Notes: generated by a model from the sequence alone, not told the origin. Counted from the stretch's first letter, positions 43,815-57,244 are shown. The stretch is 64,000 nucleotides of DNA from an uncultured bacterium (GCA_963749495.1 CAVVMW010000010.1:480001-544000), one strand, 5' to 3'. Numbers and translations: made by a program.

Positions 43815-44870
43815 CCACTTTTGGCCGCAAATTAGCGCCAAAATGTCAGCCCTAATTTAGGCTACGGCCCGCTGCTGTTCTACTACCTGAGTCATGACAA
43901 TGCGGGCGTTTCCACCTTCGGCAGCATCACTCCGGGCGGGGTGGTCGGGGTCACCGCGGACCACTTCGTCGTCGGCAACAACTTCGATGCTTTGACCTTT
44001 ACCGCCACGGACATCGGTTATGGCGCCAATCTGTTCTATTACATCCGCCATGACGCGACCGGTCTTTCGACGTTCGGGACCATCAACCCGGCTTTGCCTG
44101 GAACCATCACCGATCGCTTTACCGTGGGAACCAACGTGGATGCGCTGGTCTTCACGGATCTGACCGCTCCAGGATACGGGCCAAATAATTTCTACTACCT
44201 GCGCCATGACGCGAGTGGTGTTTCCACTTTCGGAACCATCTTCGTCACCGGACTGACCACCGCTGTGGTGACCGACCGGTTCACCGTTGGCAGCAACGCT
44301 GCGGAATTGACCTTTACCGCCACGGACACGGGCTTTGGGGCCAACCTGTTCTACTTCCTTCGCGGCAGCGGCCTCAGTTTTACGACCAACATCGTCGCCA
44401 CCTTCACCACGAACACCGTGATAACCTTAATTACTAATACGGTGACCAGCTACACGACTAATAACGTGGTCAGCTTTACGCCGACCAACACTGTTGCGGC
44501 GAGCGGCATGGACACCTGTGAGGCCCGTACCGTTGCCGCCGCGGCCAATTGTCTTGGGCCTGTCGCCCTGTACAAGCAGCCCGGTTTGCGGGCGCAGCAG
44601 CTCGTGCAGGTCCTTGGCGCGCCAACTGCGGCCAACCGTTCCTTTAGCGTATCCTTCCCCAGCGAGAACGGGAAATCGTACACCGTGCAATATAAAAATA
44701 CACTGGATGATCCGGCCTGGAGCGACCTTGAAACAGTCGTCGGAACGGGTGGAGACCTGTCCATCACGGATGCCGCCGCAGCCCAGCAACGGTCGCGATT
44801 CTATCGGGTCATATTCACGCCATAAATTCGCACGGACCACTCGCCAGCGCTGAGGGAGACTGCTTTTCAC

Positions 44871-44972
44871 TTCGAAAAGCTGGTGGCCGCGCTCGTCGCC
44901 GACCCCGTTGACTTTGCGGTCGTCGGTGGCTTGGTGGTGATCTTCAATGGCTGCCCGCGGGTGAGTCTTTGA
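44871..44972 (+). pseudogene. Nucleotidyltransferase N-terminal fragment
   Basis: FEKLVAALVADPVDFAVVGGLVVIFNGCPRVSL*. Confidence 0.5.
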
Positions 44973-45023
44973 GCTTCTGCTTTGCAGTGTGAACCCCGCC
45001 GGACGCCCCGCCCGGGCCGGCAT

Positions 45024-45253
45024 TGCAACCTGCACTGGCGCGACGCCCGCACCGTGCATTCTGCAACGAGGGTGGGAGGCGTGGATTGGCTCCAAAAACT
45101 CGCTCGGCTGATCGTGTTGCGACCCGTGCCGGCCCGGATTGCCAAAGGGCGGTTGTTGCTGGCAAGGCGGTTGCGACTTTTCCCGGGTTGGCCGCCTGAG
45201 GTTGATTGCCAGCCCCGGCCAGACCGCAGCGCCCGTGTGGCACACGATACGCT
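45024..45253 (+). promoter_or_regulatory. Paired enhancer sites and sigma54 promoter
   Basis: TGCAACCTGCA 45024, TGCATTCTGCA 45055; TGGCACACGATACGCT 45238-45253. Confidence 0.7.
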
Positions 45254-45354
45254 CAGGACATGGCAGAGTCAGGAATGGGCTCTGCATGAACGGGGCCCGG
45301 ATTGCTGTCAATGAAAGTCAAAAAACGAGTTTACGCAATAAGAGAGCGCATACG

Positions 45355-45834
45355 ATGACCAATATGAACCATCGAAACTTACTCATCACTCTCCTTGCTG
45401 TCTCCGCCTTCGCGGCGGGCTGCGAGAAGTCGGAACCCTCCGCGACCGACAATCGGGAGGCCACGGCCAAGCGGTTCGACAAAGTCAAAGCGGAAACCAA
45501 AGAGGCCGCGCAGGACATGAAGGACTACACCTACGCGCAGAAACAGCAGTTCGTGGAAACCATGCAAGCCCAGTTGGCCGCGCTGAATCGGGATTTGGAC
45601 GAGCTCTCGGCAAAGGTCGAAAAAGCCAGCGACGCCGCCAAAGCCGATGCGAAACCCAAACTTCAGGCTCTGCGCGACAAGGCGGATAAACTGAACCAGC
45701 AGCTCGACAAGGTCAAGACCGCCACCGAGTCCACCTGGGACGACGTCAAGGCCGGCTCCAAGAAGGCCTATAGCGAGTTGAAGGACGGCTTCCAGCAGGC
45801 ACGCCAGTGGTTGAGCGACAAGATCGCGCCTTAA
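45355..45834 (+). CDS. Coiled-coil lipoprotein
   Basis: Lipobox FAAGC; helical repeat WDDVKAG. Confidence 0.8.
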   Translation: MTNMNHRNLLITLLAVSAFAAGCEKSEPSATDNREATAKRFDKVKAETKEAAQDMKDYTYAQKQQFVETMQAQLAALNRDLDELSAKVEKASDAAKADAKPKLQALRDKADKLNQQLDKVKTATESTWDDVKAGSKKAYSELKDGFQQARQWLSDKIAP

Positions 45835-45997
45835 GGCAATGCCGCAGTAAACCAACAACAATCAAAGACGACGGATATAATCAGTGAATAATAACGTACG
45901 ATTAAACGATTCTGGCAGCCGGATGAGTGTGCGCCCCACAATGTTACAGATTTCCTCCTCGTAAACAAACAAACGTCAAAACGAAAGAAAACCAAAT

Positions 45998-46147
45998 ATG
46001 TTATACACAATTGCAGCAGTCCTGATCATTCTGTGGCTGCTCGGTCTCGTAACCAGTTACACGATGGGCGGGGTACTCCATCTCTTGCTGGTGGTTGCGC
46101 TGGTCATGGTGGTGCTCAACTTCTTTGCCGGGCGCAAAGGAGCATGA
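45998..46147 (+). CDS. lmo0937/DUF5670-like small membrane protein
   Basis: Manual translation MLYTIAAVLIILWLLGLVTSYTMGGVLHLLLVVALV. Confidence 0.8.
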   Translation: MLYTIAAVLIILWLLGLVTSYTMGGVLHLLLVVALVMVVLNFFAGRKGA

Positions 46148-46217
46148 CGCATCATCAAACAAGCAAGGCGAACCCGTCTTCGCAAAAAGAGTCACCAAAC
46201 TCATTCGAAGGTCCATC

Positions 46218-46427
46218 ATGAACAAACTCATTTCTCTGGCGCTGCTGGCGGGCGGGATTGTCCTCATCGTCATTGGCGTCAATGCCACCAACTCATTCAG
46301 TTCGGACCTCTCGCGGTTCTTCAGAGGAACACCGACTGACAAGGCGGTCTGGATGCTCATTGGCGGCATCGTCTCGGCGGTGGTCGGGCTAGCAACGCTG
46401 CTGTTGCACAGTCCAAAACACACTTAA
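46218..46427 (+). CDS. DUF3185-family membrane protein
   Basis: SFSSDLSRFFRGTPTDKAVWMLIGG. Confidence 0.8.
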   Translation: MNKLISLALLAGGIVLIVIGVNATNSFSSDLSRFFRGTPTDKAVWMLIGGIVSAVVGLATLLLHSPKHT

Positions 46428-46501
46428 CGGCAGTCAAACCAAGATGCAGTATGTCGGTGCGGCGGAGAGGGCGCAAGCAAGGATCTCATCCAGGCAAAGC
46501 G

Positions 46502-46651
46502 TGCAAGTTGCATCACACCCGGGGGTTAAAGCCGGGCAATTTGCACGATTCCTCCGGACCAATGGCAGCACCTGCGAGGCGGCCCGAATCTGGAAGCCAT
46601 TGTACCCCATTGACTTGAACCTTCGGAGCCAAAGGCGGCACTTCAGATGCT
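46502..46651 (+). promoter_or_regulatory. Paired enhancer sites and sigma54 promoter
   Basis: TGCAAGTTGCA 46502, GGCAATTTGCA 46535; CGGCACTTCAGATGCT 46636-46651. Confidence 0.78.
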
Positions 46652-46811
46652 TCTCATAAATATGGGATCAGGAAACCGGAACCTGAACGCAAATAGCTGC
46701 AGCAAATGAACCGGGCTTTTGTGGTTGACGGCAGGCTGCCTGTTCAGCCAGATCCCAGATCGACCTTGCGAAAAAGAGAAAGGCAATTGATATGTTTAAG
46801 GTGAAACGGTG

Positions 46812-48216
46812 ATGCGAGTCTATTTGGTCAATCCCTCCAATCCGCTGGTCAGTTGCGTCAATGTCAACGGGAGCCGGTGGAACCGCTACCGCGTGTGGAA
46901 GCCGCTCAGCCTGATGGTGCTCGCAGGCCTGACTCCGCCGGACTGGGAAATCATCATCGTGGACGAGAACCTCGGCAGGCCGGACTACTCTGCCATGCCC
47001 CGGCCCGACTTGGTGGGCATTACCGCCTTCACTTCACAGGCGAACCGCGCCTATCAGGTGGCCGCTCACTTCCGGGGTCTGGGCGTACCCGTGGTCATGG
47101 GCGGCATTCACGCCACCCTGTGCGTGGGCGAGGTCATGGGACGTGTGGACTCGGTTGTTACGGGGGAAGCCGAGGGCATCTGGCCGCAAGTCCTGGAGGA
47201 CACCCGGCATGGCAGGTTGAAGCAGCGGTACGACGGAGGACATGCCGATCTGAACGATCTCGCGCCCGCCCGTCACGATTTGCTCCCCGCTCGATATGCC
47301 TTCGGAGCCATTCAGACCACGCGCGGCTGTCCCTTGAACTGCAGCTTCTGCAGTGTGACAACCTTCAACGGAGCCCAGTACCGGCGACGACCCATTGCCG
47401 AGGTCGTCCGCGAATTCAAGTTGATCCGTGAGAAACGGGTGCTGGTGGTGGACGACAACCTCATCGGCACGCGCCCGGAACACGTTGCCCGGGCCAAGGA
47501 GCTGTTTCGCGCCTTGGCTCAGGCAAACCTGCGCAAGCAGTGGGTGGCACAGGCCACCATTAATTTTGCCGATGACGAAGAAGCCCTGGCGTTGGCCGCG
47601 CGGGCCGGGTGCCAAGGCGTGTTCATCGGCTTCGAGTCCCCGACGCCCGCAGGGCTGCAGGAACTGGGCAAGAAGTTCAACCTGATAAAGGGCCGGGATT
47701 TCCGCGCCTCCGTGCAGCGCATCCAGCGGCACAAGATTCTGGTCGTGGGCTCCTTTATCATCGGTTTGGACATCGATGAACCGGGCATCGGCCGACGGAT
47801 CGCCGCGGTGGCCGGCGAGTACCGGCTTGGACCATCTCAACACGCTGTTTCTGACCCCCCTGCCGGGGACCCGCCTGTGGGACCAGATGAGATCGGAGGC
47901 TCGCATCGCCCTTAATAGGTTTCCGGAAGACTGGAAATACTACACGCTGACGTTCCCGGTGGCCCGGTATAACCATTTCTCTCAGGACGGTATTATCCGG
48001 GAAATGATCGCCTGCAACCAGTGCTTCTATTCCCTGGGGCGCATTCTGCGCCGGGCGTGGAACAGCTTTTGGCACCGCCGCCACCCGCTGCTCAGCCTCG
48101 TGGGCAGTCTTTCCTACCGGAGCAACGCCCGGCTTGACGGCAAGACCTACGCGGATTTCAAGCACGGGCTGCGCACTTTCTTCGACACAAACCCAATGCC
48201 ACGGAGAAACCAGTGA
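46812..48216 (+). CDS. B12-binding radical SAM protein (frameshift near 47822)
   Basis: IVDEN, VVMGGIHA, RGCPLNCSFC, VDDNLIG; continues TPLPGT in the next frame. Confidence 0.85.
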
Positions 48217-48255
48217 AACCTGGAGTCAAAGAAGAACAATAACGAAAAGACGAAG

Positions 48256-48390
48256 ATGAGAACATTAGCTGGTCTGTGGATTGACCATCGAGAGGCCGTC
48301 ATCGTGCTCGTGTCCCCGAAAGGGCAGGAGACCCGGAGGATAGTCAGGCATGATCGCTCATCGATTCCAACGCATGAAAGGACCGTTTGA
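48256..48390 (+). pseudogene. Truncated small protein with GLWIDH N-terminal motif
   Basis: MRTLAGLWIDHREAVIVLV, then early stop. Confidence 0.45.
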
Positions 48391-48533
48391 GGAGATTCGC
48401 ATCACCGACCTGGACCTCGGCCTGACGCAGCCGCCTCAAGAAGCCCCCGGCTTTCGGCGCCTCTGCCTCAAGCTCTCGAATTGAGAGGATCATCCTGAAT
48501 ACCGCCTCCGGAAAAGAGATCAGCCTGGAAGGG

Positions 48534-51500
48534 TTGCTCAGCCGAGTGGCCGAGTATGTGCAGGTGCGCCCCCCGCCGAATGACCCGCCGCTGCGTGGAG
48601 AAGTGTTCAGCCTTGAACAACTGGTCCACCATGCCAAAGCCCTCGCCGAGAATCACCCGGTCGTCACCCGGCGGGGCGCCAACCGATTGCTCGCGCGGTT
48701 GGGTGAAAACGAACAGGTTTTAAGGGCTTACAACCGCGCGACTCAGGCTGTGGACCAAACCCGGCGCGTCACCCACGCGGCCGAATGGTTGCTCGACAAT
48801 TTTTACCTGATCGAAGAGCAAATCCAGATGGCCCGCCGGCATTTGCCCCGGGGTTACAGCCGGGAACTGCCCCGCCTGCTGGCGGGTCCTTCGGCCGGGC
48901 TTCCGCGCGTCTATGACCTCGCGCTCGAATTGATTTCGCACGTGGATGCGCAGATTGATGCCGAGCCGCTGCGCGCCTTCATCGCGGCCTACCAAACCGT
49001 ATCCGCCTTGAAACTGGGCGAGTTGTGGGCCATTCCGATCATGCTCCGGCTGGCCTTGATCGAAAACCTGCGCCGGGTCACCTCGCGGCTGATGATCTCG
49101 CGGCATGATCGCGACCTGGCTGACCTGTGGGTCGAGCGCCTGCAGGAGATGGCGGAGAAGAATCCCTCTCACCTCGTCGTGGTGGTGGCCGACATGGCGC
49201 GGTCCACCCTGCCGTTGTCCAGCGCCTTCGTGGCGGAGTTCTCCCAACGCTTGTCCCGTCAAAGCCCGGCGATGCACCTGGCGCGGACCTGGCTGGAGCA
49301 GCGGCTCATGGACCAGGGACTTTCCATCGAGCAACTGGTCCATCTAGAGAGCCAGAACCAGGCCGCCGACCAGGTCTCGGTGAGTCACACGATCAACAGT
49401 CTGCGCTTCCTGGGCGCCTTGGACTGGCGCGAGTTTGTCGAGACGATGAGCCAGGTCGACCAGACGCTTCGCCTCGACCCCGCCGGGGTTTACGCGAAAA
49501 TGGACTTCTCCACCCGCGATCGCTATCGCCATTCAGTCGAGACCATTTCCCGCCACAGCGGGCTCCTGGAGTCGGAGGTGGCGCGAAAGGCCATCCAACT
49601 CGCCGAAGCCAGCGCCCGGGAACGAGGAATTCAAGACCGGACCGCTCATGTGGGATTTCACCTGATCGACAAGGGCCTGGCGGCGCTGGAACGCGCGGCA
49701 GAAATGCGCCAGCCCTGGCAAAGAGCTGTCGAGCGGCGCATCCGCCACTTTCCGCTGGCGTTCTATGGAGGCGGAGTTTCGTTGCTCACGGTGCTGGGGA
49801 CTCTCGGGTTAATCCACCAGGCGCGGGCACTGGAGGTGCAGGGGTGGAAGCTGGCTTTCTTCACGCTCGTGTTCCTCCTTTGTTCCAGTCAATTGGCCGT
49901 CGCGTTGATGAATTGGCTTTCCACCTCTTTGGTCAAACCCCGCCTGCTGCCGCGTTTGGATTACTCCACCGGCATCGCGCCGGAGTGCCGGACCATGGTG
50001 GTCGTGCCGACGATGTTGACCAGCTCCAGGGCGGTCGCCCGGCTCATCGAAAGTGTGGAAATTCACTACCTGGCGAATCGAGATCGGAACCTTCACTTCG
50101 CGTTGTTGACCGATTTCCAGGACGCGCCGGAAGAGATCCGACCGGAAGACACCTTGTTGCTCGAGCGCGCGCGCGCCGGGGTCGAGATGCTCAACGCCAA
50201 ATACCAATCCGACTGGCCTAACATCTTCTTCCTCTTCCACCGGCCGCGCTGTTGGAACAAAGTCGAGGGTCTATGGATGGGTTATGAGCGCAAGCGGGGC
50301 AAACTGACTGAGTTCAACGCCCTGCTCCGCGGCGGGTCCAGAGACTGTTTTTCCCAGATCGTCGGCGATACTTCTATTCTGCCGGCCATCAAATTTGTTA
50401 TTACCCTCGACACCGATACGCAGCTTCCTCGCGATGCCGCCCGCCAGCTCGCCGGAACGATGGCTCATCCGCTCAACCGGCCGCAGTTCGATCCGGTCAA
50501 GGGCGTGGTGACCGAGGGTTACGGCATCTTGCAGCCGCGCCTCGGGGTGAGTCTGCCCGGCGCCGGACGTTCCTGGTTTGTCAAACTGTTTGCGGGTGAC
50601 GTCGGGATTGACCCTTACACCCGCGCGGTTTCGGACGTTTATCAGGATGTGTTCCAGGAGGGGTCGTTTATTGGCAAAGGGATCTATGATGTGGATGCAT
50701 TTCAACAAGCCGTCGCCGGCCGTTTCCCGGAAAACACGGTGTTAAGCCATGATTTGATCGAATCCTGCCATGCCCGCTCGGCGCTGGTCAGCGACGTCGA
50801 GTTGTATGAAGAATATCCTTCCCGTTACAGCACCGACATCAATCGGCGCCACCGTTGGATTCGGGGCGATTGGCAAATCGCCCAGTGGCTCTTGCCCCGC
50901 GTTCCGGGACCCGATGCCCGCCGCATCGCCAATCCCCTGTCCGGCTTGTCGCAATGGAAGATCCTCGACAACCTCCGGCGCAGCCTGGTCCCCGCCGCCT
51001 TGCTGCTGCTGCTGCTGGGCAGTTGGATGCTGCTCCCGGGCCTCGGTACGACCGGACCCTGGTTGGTCCTGTTGATCGTTAGCCTGCCCGCGTTGTTATC
51101 GGTGGCGGTCGAGCTGTTCCGCAAGCCGCGGGAGGTGTCGCTGGGATTACACTTGCGCGGGCTGGCCGGCTCGACCGGACGCCAGCTTGGCCAGGCCCTG
51201 CTCACCTTCGTATTCCTGCCGTACGACGCTTTCATCAGCCTCGATGCCGTCGTCCGCACGCTGGTGCGGCTGCTGTTGACTCGCAAACGGCTCCTGGAAT
51301 GGCAAACCGCCAGCGATGCCGAACGCGCCGCCCGCAGCGGTCCCGTGGGATTTTATGCGACCATGTGGGTCGCTCCGGCCGTTGCCCTGGCCTGTGGGTC
51401 TTTCCTGGCCTGGATGCAGCCCGCGCAATTGCCCTTCGCCGCCCCAATCCTGGCTCTCTGGCTGGCCTCTCCTTGGATAGCCTGGCGCATCAGCCAGCCC

Positions 51501-54500
51501 ATCGGGCCTTCGTCGGCGCCGGACTTAATGCCGGCACAAGTGGCCTTCCTTCGGCGAACGGCCCGGAAGACCTGGCGTTTCTTCGAAACCTTCGTCACGG
51601 CACAAGAACACTGGCTGCCGCCGGATAATTTCCAGGAGGAACCCGTCCCGTTGGTGGCCTCTCGCACTTCTCCCACCAACATGGGATTGGCCCTGTTGGC
51701 CAACCTGGCAGCGTGCGACTTCGGCTATTTGCCCGTTGGCCAACTCCTGCGGCGCACACAGGATGCCCTGGGCGCCATGCAACGCCTCGAACGGCACCGT
51801 GGTCATTTCTTCAATTGGTATGATACCCGAACGCTCAAGCCGTTGCTGCCGCTCTATGTTTCCAGCGTGGACAGCGGCAACCTCGCGGGCCACCTGCTGA
51901 CCTTGAGTCCTGGCTTGGCGGAATTACAGACCCAACCGATCCTCACTCCTCAGGTGTTCGTTGGTCTGGCGGACACCATAGGCATTTTCCGCGAGTTGAC
52001 CGGCAGCAGCTCCGAGTTGGAGCACCTCGAATCGGAACTGGCGCAGCCACCCTCGACCCTGCGCGCCGGGGTTGACTTGCTGCAACGAGTAGCCGATCGG
52101 GCGGCGGCATTGGCCGCGGCGCTCGATGCGGGAGCCGGGCAGGAGTTGAAATGGTGGACCCAGGCTCTGGAACGAAATTGCCGGGACCATTTGGCAGATT
52201 TGCTTTTCCTGGCGCCCTGGCTGGCCTTGGCGCCTGACTCCGCCGCCCTCCCCGCGGAGCTCGCCCAACTCGACCAGGCGCCCAGTTTGCGCCAGGTGGC
52301 AGAGTTGGATCAATCGCTCTGCCCGTTGCTCGAAGCGGCCCTGCAAGCCCTCGCCATGGAACCTGCCTCATCCGGGAAGCCCGAGGAGGAAGCGCGCCTT
52401 GCCCAATGGTTGCGCTGCCTGCGGGAAGCCGGCAGCCGCGCCAGCCAGCGCATCCTGGCACTGGAAACCCTGGCGCGGCAAAGCGCAGAACTGGCCGGGA
52501 TGGACTTCGGCTTTTTGTTCGATCCCGCGCGCAAGCTCTTCTCCATCGGCTTCAACGTCACCGAACGCCGCTGTGACGCCAGCTTTTATGATCTGCTGGC
52601 GTCCGAGGCTCGTTTGTGCAGCTATGTCGTTATCGCCCAGGGGCAAGTTTCGCAGGACCACTGGTTCTCGCTGGGCCGGCTGCTCGTCGCTTTGGGAGGC
52701 GATCCGGTGTTGGCTTCATGGAGCGGGTCGATGTTCGAGTACTTGATGCCGCTGCTGGTCATGCCCAACTATGAACACACCTTGCTGGGTCAAACGTGCA
52801 ACGGGGCGGTCCGGCAGCAGATCCAGTACGGCCGATTGCGCGGCGTCCCGTGGGGTGTGTCCGAATCCGGCTACAACCGAACCGATGTCCATCTGAATTA
52901 TCAATACCGCGCCTTTGGCGTGCCGGGCCTCGGTTTAAAGCGGGGCCTGGCCGAGGACCTGGTGATTGCTCCTTACGCCACGGCAATGGCGCTGATGGTG
53001 GCGCCCCGGGAGGCCTGCGACAACCTCGAACAACTCGCCGCCGAGGGGCGCCAAGGGGCTTACGGGTTTTACGAGGCGGTGGATTATACTCCCTCACGTC
53101 TGCCTCCTGGCCAGTCCAGCGTCACCATCCGCTCGTTCATGGCCCATCATCAGGGAATGAGCCTGCTGGCCCTGGCGTATCGGGTGCTGGACCGTCCCAT
53201 GCAGCGGCGCTTCCTGTCGTGCCCCGCGTTGCGCGCCGCGGACTTGCTCTTGCAGGAGCGCGTGCCCAACACCACCGCCAAAGTGCTCTCCGAAGAGTAT
53301 GAATTGGTGAAATCGCGCAGGTTTGCCGGCGACGGCGAGGGCCTCATGCGCGTCTTCACCAATCCCGATCTGCGCGCGCCCGAGGTCCACCTCTTGTCCA
53401 ACGGCCGCTATCACGTGGTGGTCAGCAGCGCCGGCGGCGGCTACAGCCGCTGGCGGGAGCTGGCCGTCACCCGCTGGTGCGAGGATGCCACGCGCGATTG
53501 CTGGGGCACCTTCATCTATTTGCGCGACGTGGCCACCGGCGAATCCTGGTCTGCCGCCCATCAACCTTGCCGGCGCGCCACCAAACGCTGCGAAGCCATC
53601 TTCACTCAGGCCCGCGCCGAGTTTCGCCAGCACCATGCCGGCCTGGAAATCCACACCGAAATCAGCGTCTCGCCCGAAGACGATGTCGAATTGCGCCGCG
53701 TGACTCTCACCAACCATTCCCACGCCCGGCGCGTCATCGAAGTGACCAGTTATGCCGAGGTCGTGCTCGCGCCTCCTGCGGCCGACGCTTCCCATCCCGC
53801 CTTCAGCAATCTGTTCGTGCAAACCGAGTTCTTGGATTCACGTCCCGCGGTTCTTTGCACCCGCCGCCCCCGCTCCGAAGCGGAAAAGCCGCCCTGGCTT
53901 TTGAATTTCATGGTCGGGCAGGGCGGCGAGCAGGGTGCCATCTCCTGCGAAACCGACCGCGCCGGGTTCATCGGGCGAGGCCGGACCCTCGCCGAACCAG
54001 CCGCTCTGCAGACCATTTCACCACTGTCCAACACCACCGGTTCCGTTCTGGATCCTATCACCTCGTTGCGGCGCACCGTCACACTGGCGCCGCACGAAAC
54101 CGCCCGCGTTGACCTGGTCATGGGCATGGCCGAGAGCCGGGAGGCGGCGCTGGCGCTGGTGGAGAAATACCACAACCCGCGCATGGCCGACCGGGCCCTG
54201 GACCTCGCGTGGACCCACAGCCAGGTCACCCTGCGCCACATCAACGCCTCCGAAGCCGACGCCCAGCTCTATGCCCGGCTGGCGGGCGCCTTGATTTATG
54301 CCAATCCCGCCCGGCGTGCCGCTCCCAGTGTGTTGCTCAGTAACCGGCGCGGCCAAAGCGGACTTTGGGGCTATGGCATCTCCGGTGACGCGCCGATCGT
54401 CCTGCTGCGCATCAGCGACCCCGCCAGAATCGAGCTCGTCCAGCAACTCCTCCGGGCCCACTCCTACTGGCGGATGAAAGGTTTGCCGGTCGACCTGGTC

Positions 54501-57207
54501 ATCCTCAATGAGGACGTTTCGGTGTACCGCCAGCCTTTGCAGGACCAAATCTTCAGCTTGATTGCCTCCGGCATCGAAGCCCAGATGCTCGACAAGCCGG
54601 GCGGCATCTTTGTCCGGCGCCTGGACCAGGTCTCCAGTGAAGACCACGTGCTGCTCCAATCGGTCGCGCGCCTGGTCCTCGCGGATGAAAACGGGACGTT
54701 GACCGAACAACTGGAACGACCCAGTCTCCCTGAACCGGTCATCCCTTTGCTCACGCCGGCCCGCTCCCCGGCGCGCGAGTTGCCCAAGCCGCTCCCGCCG
54801 CGGGAAACGCTTTTTCATAATGGGCTGGGCGGTTTTGCCCCTGACGGACGTGAATATGTCATTACGTTGTCAGCGGACCAGGCAACTCCCGCCCCCTGGG
54901 TGAACGTGCTGGCCAATCCCTATTTCGGGACGGTCGTTTCCGAGAGCGGCAGCGCCTACACCTGGGTCGAAAATTGCCACGAGTTTCGCCTGACGCCCTG
55001 GAACAATGATCCCGTCACCGATGACACCGGTGAGGCCTTTTACCTCCGGGATGAGCAGACGGGGCAATTTTGGTCTCCCACCCCGCTGCCTGCCCGCGGC
55101 GCAACACCTTATGTCATCCGTCACGGCTTCGGCTATTCCGTGTTCGAGCACACCGAGAACGGCATCGCTTCCGAGTTGACCCTTTACGTGGCCATGGACG
55201 CGCCCGTGAAGTTCGCGGTCCTCAAACTGCGCAACGTCTCCGGGCGACCGCGCCAACTCTCCGTCACCGGCTACTGGGAATGGGTGCTGGGAGAGTTGCG
55301 CCATCAAGAGCCTGCTGCACGTGCAGACCGAGGTGGACCCGAAAACCGGCGCCCTGCTGGCGCGCAATCCTTTCAACACCGAGTTCGCCGAACGCATCGC
55401 TTTCGTGGACGTGAGTGATCCCGCACGAGCCGTCACCGGGGATCGGAGGGAGTTCCTCGGCCGAAATGGAAGCCTTTCCAACCCAAGGGCCCTCAAGCGG
55501 ACGCGGCTTTCAGGAAAAACCGGAGCGGGCTTGGACCCTTGCGGCGCGGTGCAAGTGGCTCTTGATTTGGCCGCCGGGCAGCAACGGGAAACCAGCTTCC
55601 GCCTCGGGGTGGGGCGCAGCGTCGCTGAAGTTCAAACCCTCATCCGCCGCTTCCGCCCCGCTGAGGCCGGCCGTGACGCCCTGGAAGGAACCCGGCAATA
55701 TTGGGGCCGTACGCTCGGCGCAGTGCAGGTCGAAACACCCGATCCCTCCGTCAATGTGCTGGCCAACGGCTGGCTGTTGTATCAGACCTTGAGCAGCCGC
55801 CTGTGGGCCCGCACCGGGTTCTATCAATCCGGCGGGGCCTTCGGTTTCCGCGACCAGTTGCAGGATGTGATGGCGCTGGTCCATGCCGAGCCGGCCCTCG
55901 CCCGCGAGCACCTCTTGCGCGCCGCGGCGCATCAGTTCCTCGAAGGCGACGTGCAGCATTGGTGGCACCCCCCCGCCGGTCGCGGCGTCCGCACGCATTT
56001 CTCGGATGACTATCTGTGGCTGCCTTACGCCACCTGCCGCTACGTCGCCTGCGTTGCCGACACCGGCGTGCTCGACGAGTCCATTCCCTTCCTCGAAGGC
56101 CGTCCCCTCAAACCGGAGGAGGAATCCTGCTATGACCTGCCCCATCGCTCCGAAGGGCCGGCCACCCTGTATCAACATTGCGTCCGCGCCATCGAACACG
56201 CGCTCAAGTTCGGCCAGCATGGCCTGCCGCTCATGGGTTGCGGCGACTGGAACGACGGCATGAACCTGGTGGGCAGAGAGGGGCGCGGCGAGAGCGTCTG
56301 GCTGGGTTTCTTCCTCTACGACGTGCTGACCCAATTTGCGGAGTTGGCGCGCCGGCGCAACGACACTGCCTTTGCCGAGCAGTGCCTCGCCCAAGCCCAT
56401 CAACTCCAACAGAACCTCGAGCAACACGCCTGGGACGGCCAATGGTATCGCCGCGCCTACTTCGACAACGGACAACCCCTTGGCTCCCAAACCAATCCAG
56501 AATGTCAAATCGATTCCCTGCCCCAAAGCTGGGCGGTCATCAGCCGCGCCGGCAATCCCCAGCGCGCCCGCCAGGCCATGCAAGCCGTGGACGAGCGCCT
56601 CGTCCGCCGCAACGCCGGGTTAATCCAGTTGTTCGATCCCCCTTTCGATCACTCCTCCCTTAATCCGGGCTACATCAAAGGCTACTTCCCCGGGGTGCGC
56701 GAAAATGGCGGCCAATACACTCATGCCGCTGTATGGACCGCCATGGCCTTTGCGCTGATGGGAGATACCGACCGGGCCTGGGACCTCTTCGCCCTCCTCA
56801 ATCCCCTCCGCCACGGCGCCACCCCAAGCCAAATCGCGACCTACAAAGTCGAACCCTACGTCATAGCGGGGGACGTCTATGCCGTCGCGCCCCACACCGG
56901 CCGTGGCGGTTGGACTTGGTACACCGGCTCCGCCGGTTGGATGTATCGGCTCCTGCTCGAAACCCTGCTCGGCGTGAACCTGGAAGGCAATCAACTGCGC
57001 CTGACTCCCAGCCTTCCGAAGACCTGGAGCACGTTCAGCCTCCACTACCGCTATCGGCAAACCCCTTACCACATTCGCATCACTAAGCTCCGCGCCGCCT
57101 CTCCTGGGGGCAGCCGGTTATCCCTCGACGGTCAGCCGCTCGCTGGTAATATCATCCCCTTGCTTGACGACCACCGTGAGCATTCCGTGGAAATGCAAGT
57201 CGCTTAG
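48534..57207 (+). CDS. ndvB: Cyclic beta-1,2-glucan synthase (GT84 + glucoamylase-like + GH94), frameshift near 55304
   Basis: EWLLDNFY, GYERKRGK, TLDTDT, SHDLIE, RRHRWIRGDWQ, SWSGSMFEY, GFRDQLQD, GDWNDGMN, RENGGQY. Confidence 0.93.
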
Positions 57208-57244
57208 CTGATGCCTGTTTTTTGCGTCTCTTGCGCTTTTTCGC

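Larger units (their letters stand above)
41734..43849 (+). mobile_element. Complete IS4-superfamily insertion sequence
   Basis: 24-bp IRs CTGACATTTTGGCG(A/C)TAATTTGCG; 6-bp TSD CCCTAA at 41728-41733 and 43850-43855. Confidence 0.95.
34766..44825 (+). pseudogene. Giant secreted Cys/Thr-rich protein with ~105-aa DUF11/DUF7507-like Ig repeats; disrupted
   Basis: Signal peptide; repeated YSGTVxNxGNVTLTN...LAPG...FTGSY; frameshifts ~38795 and ~40327, TAG at 40577, IS at 41734. Confidence 0.85.
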
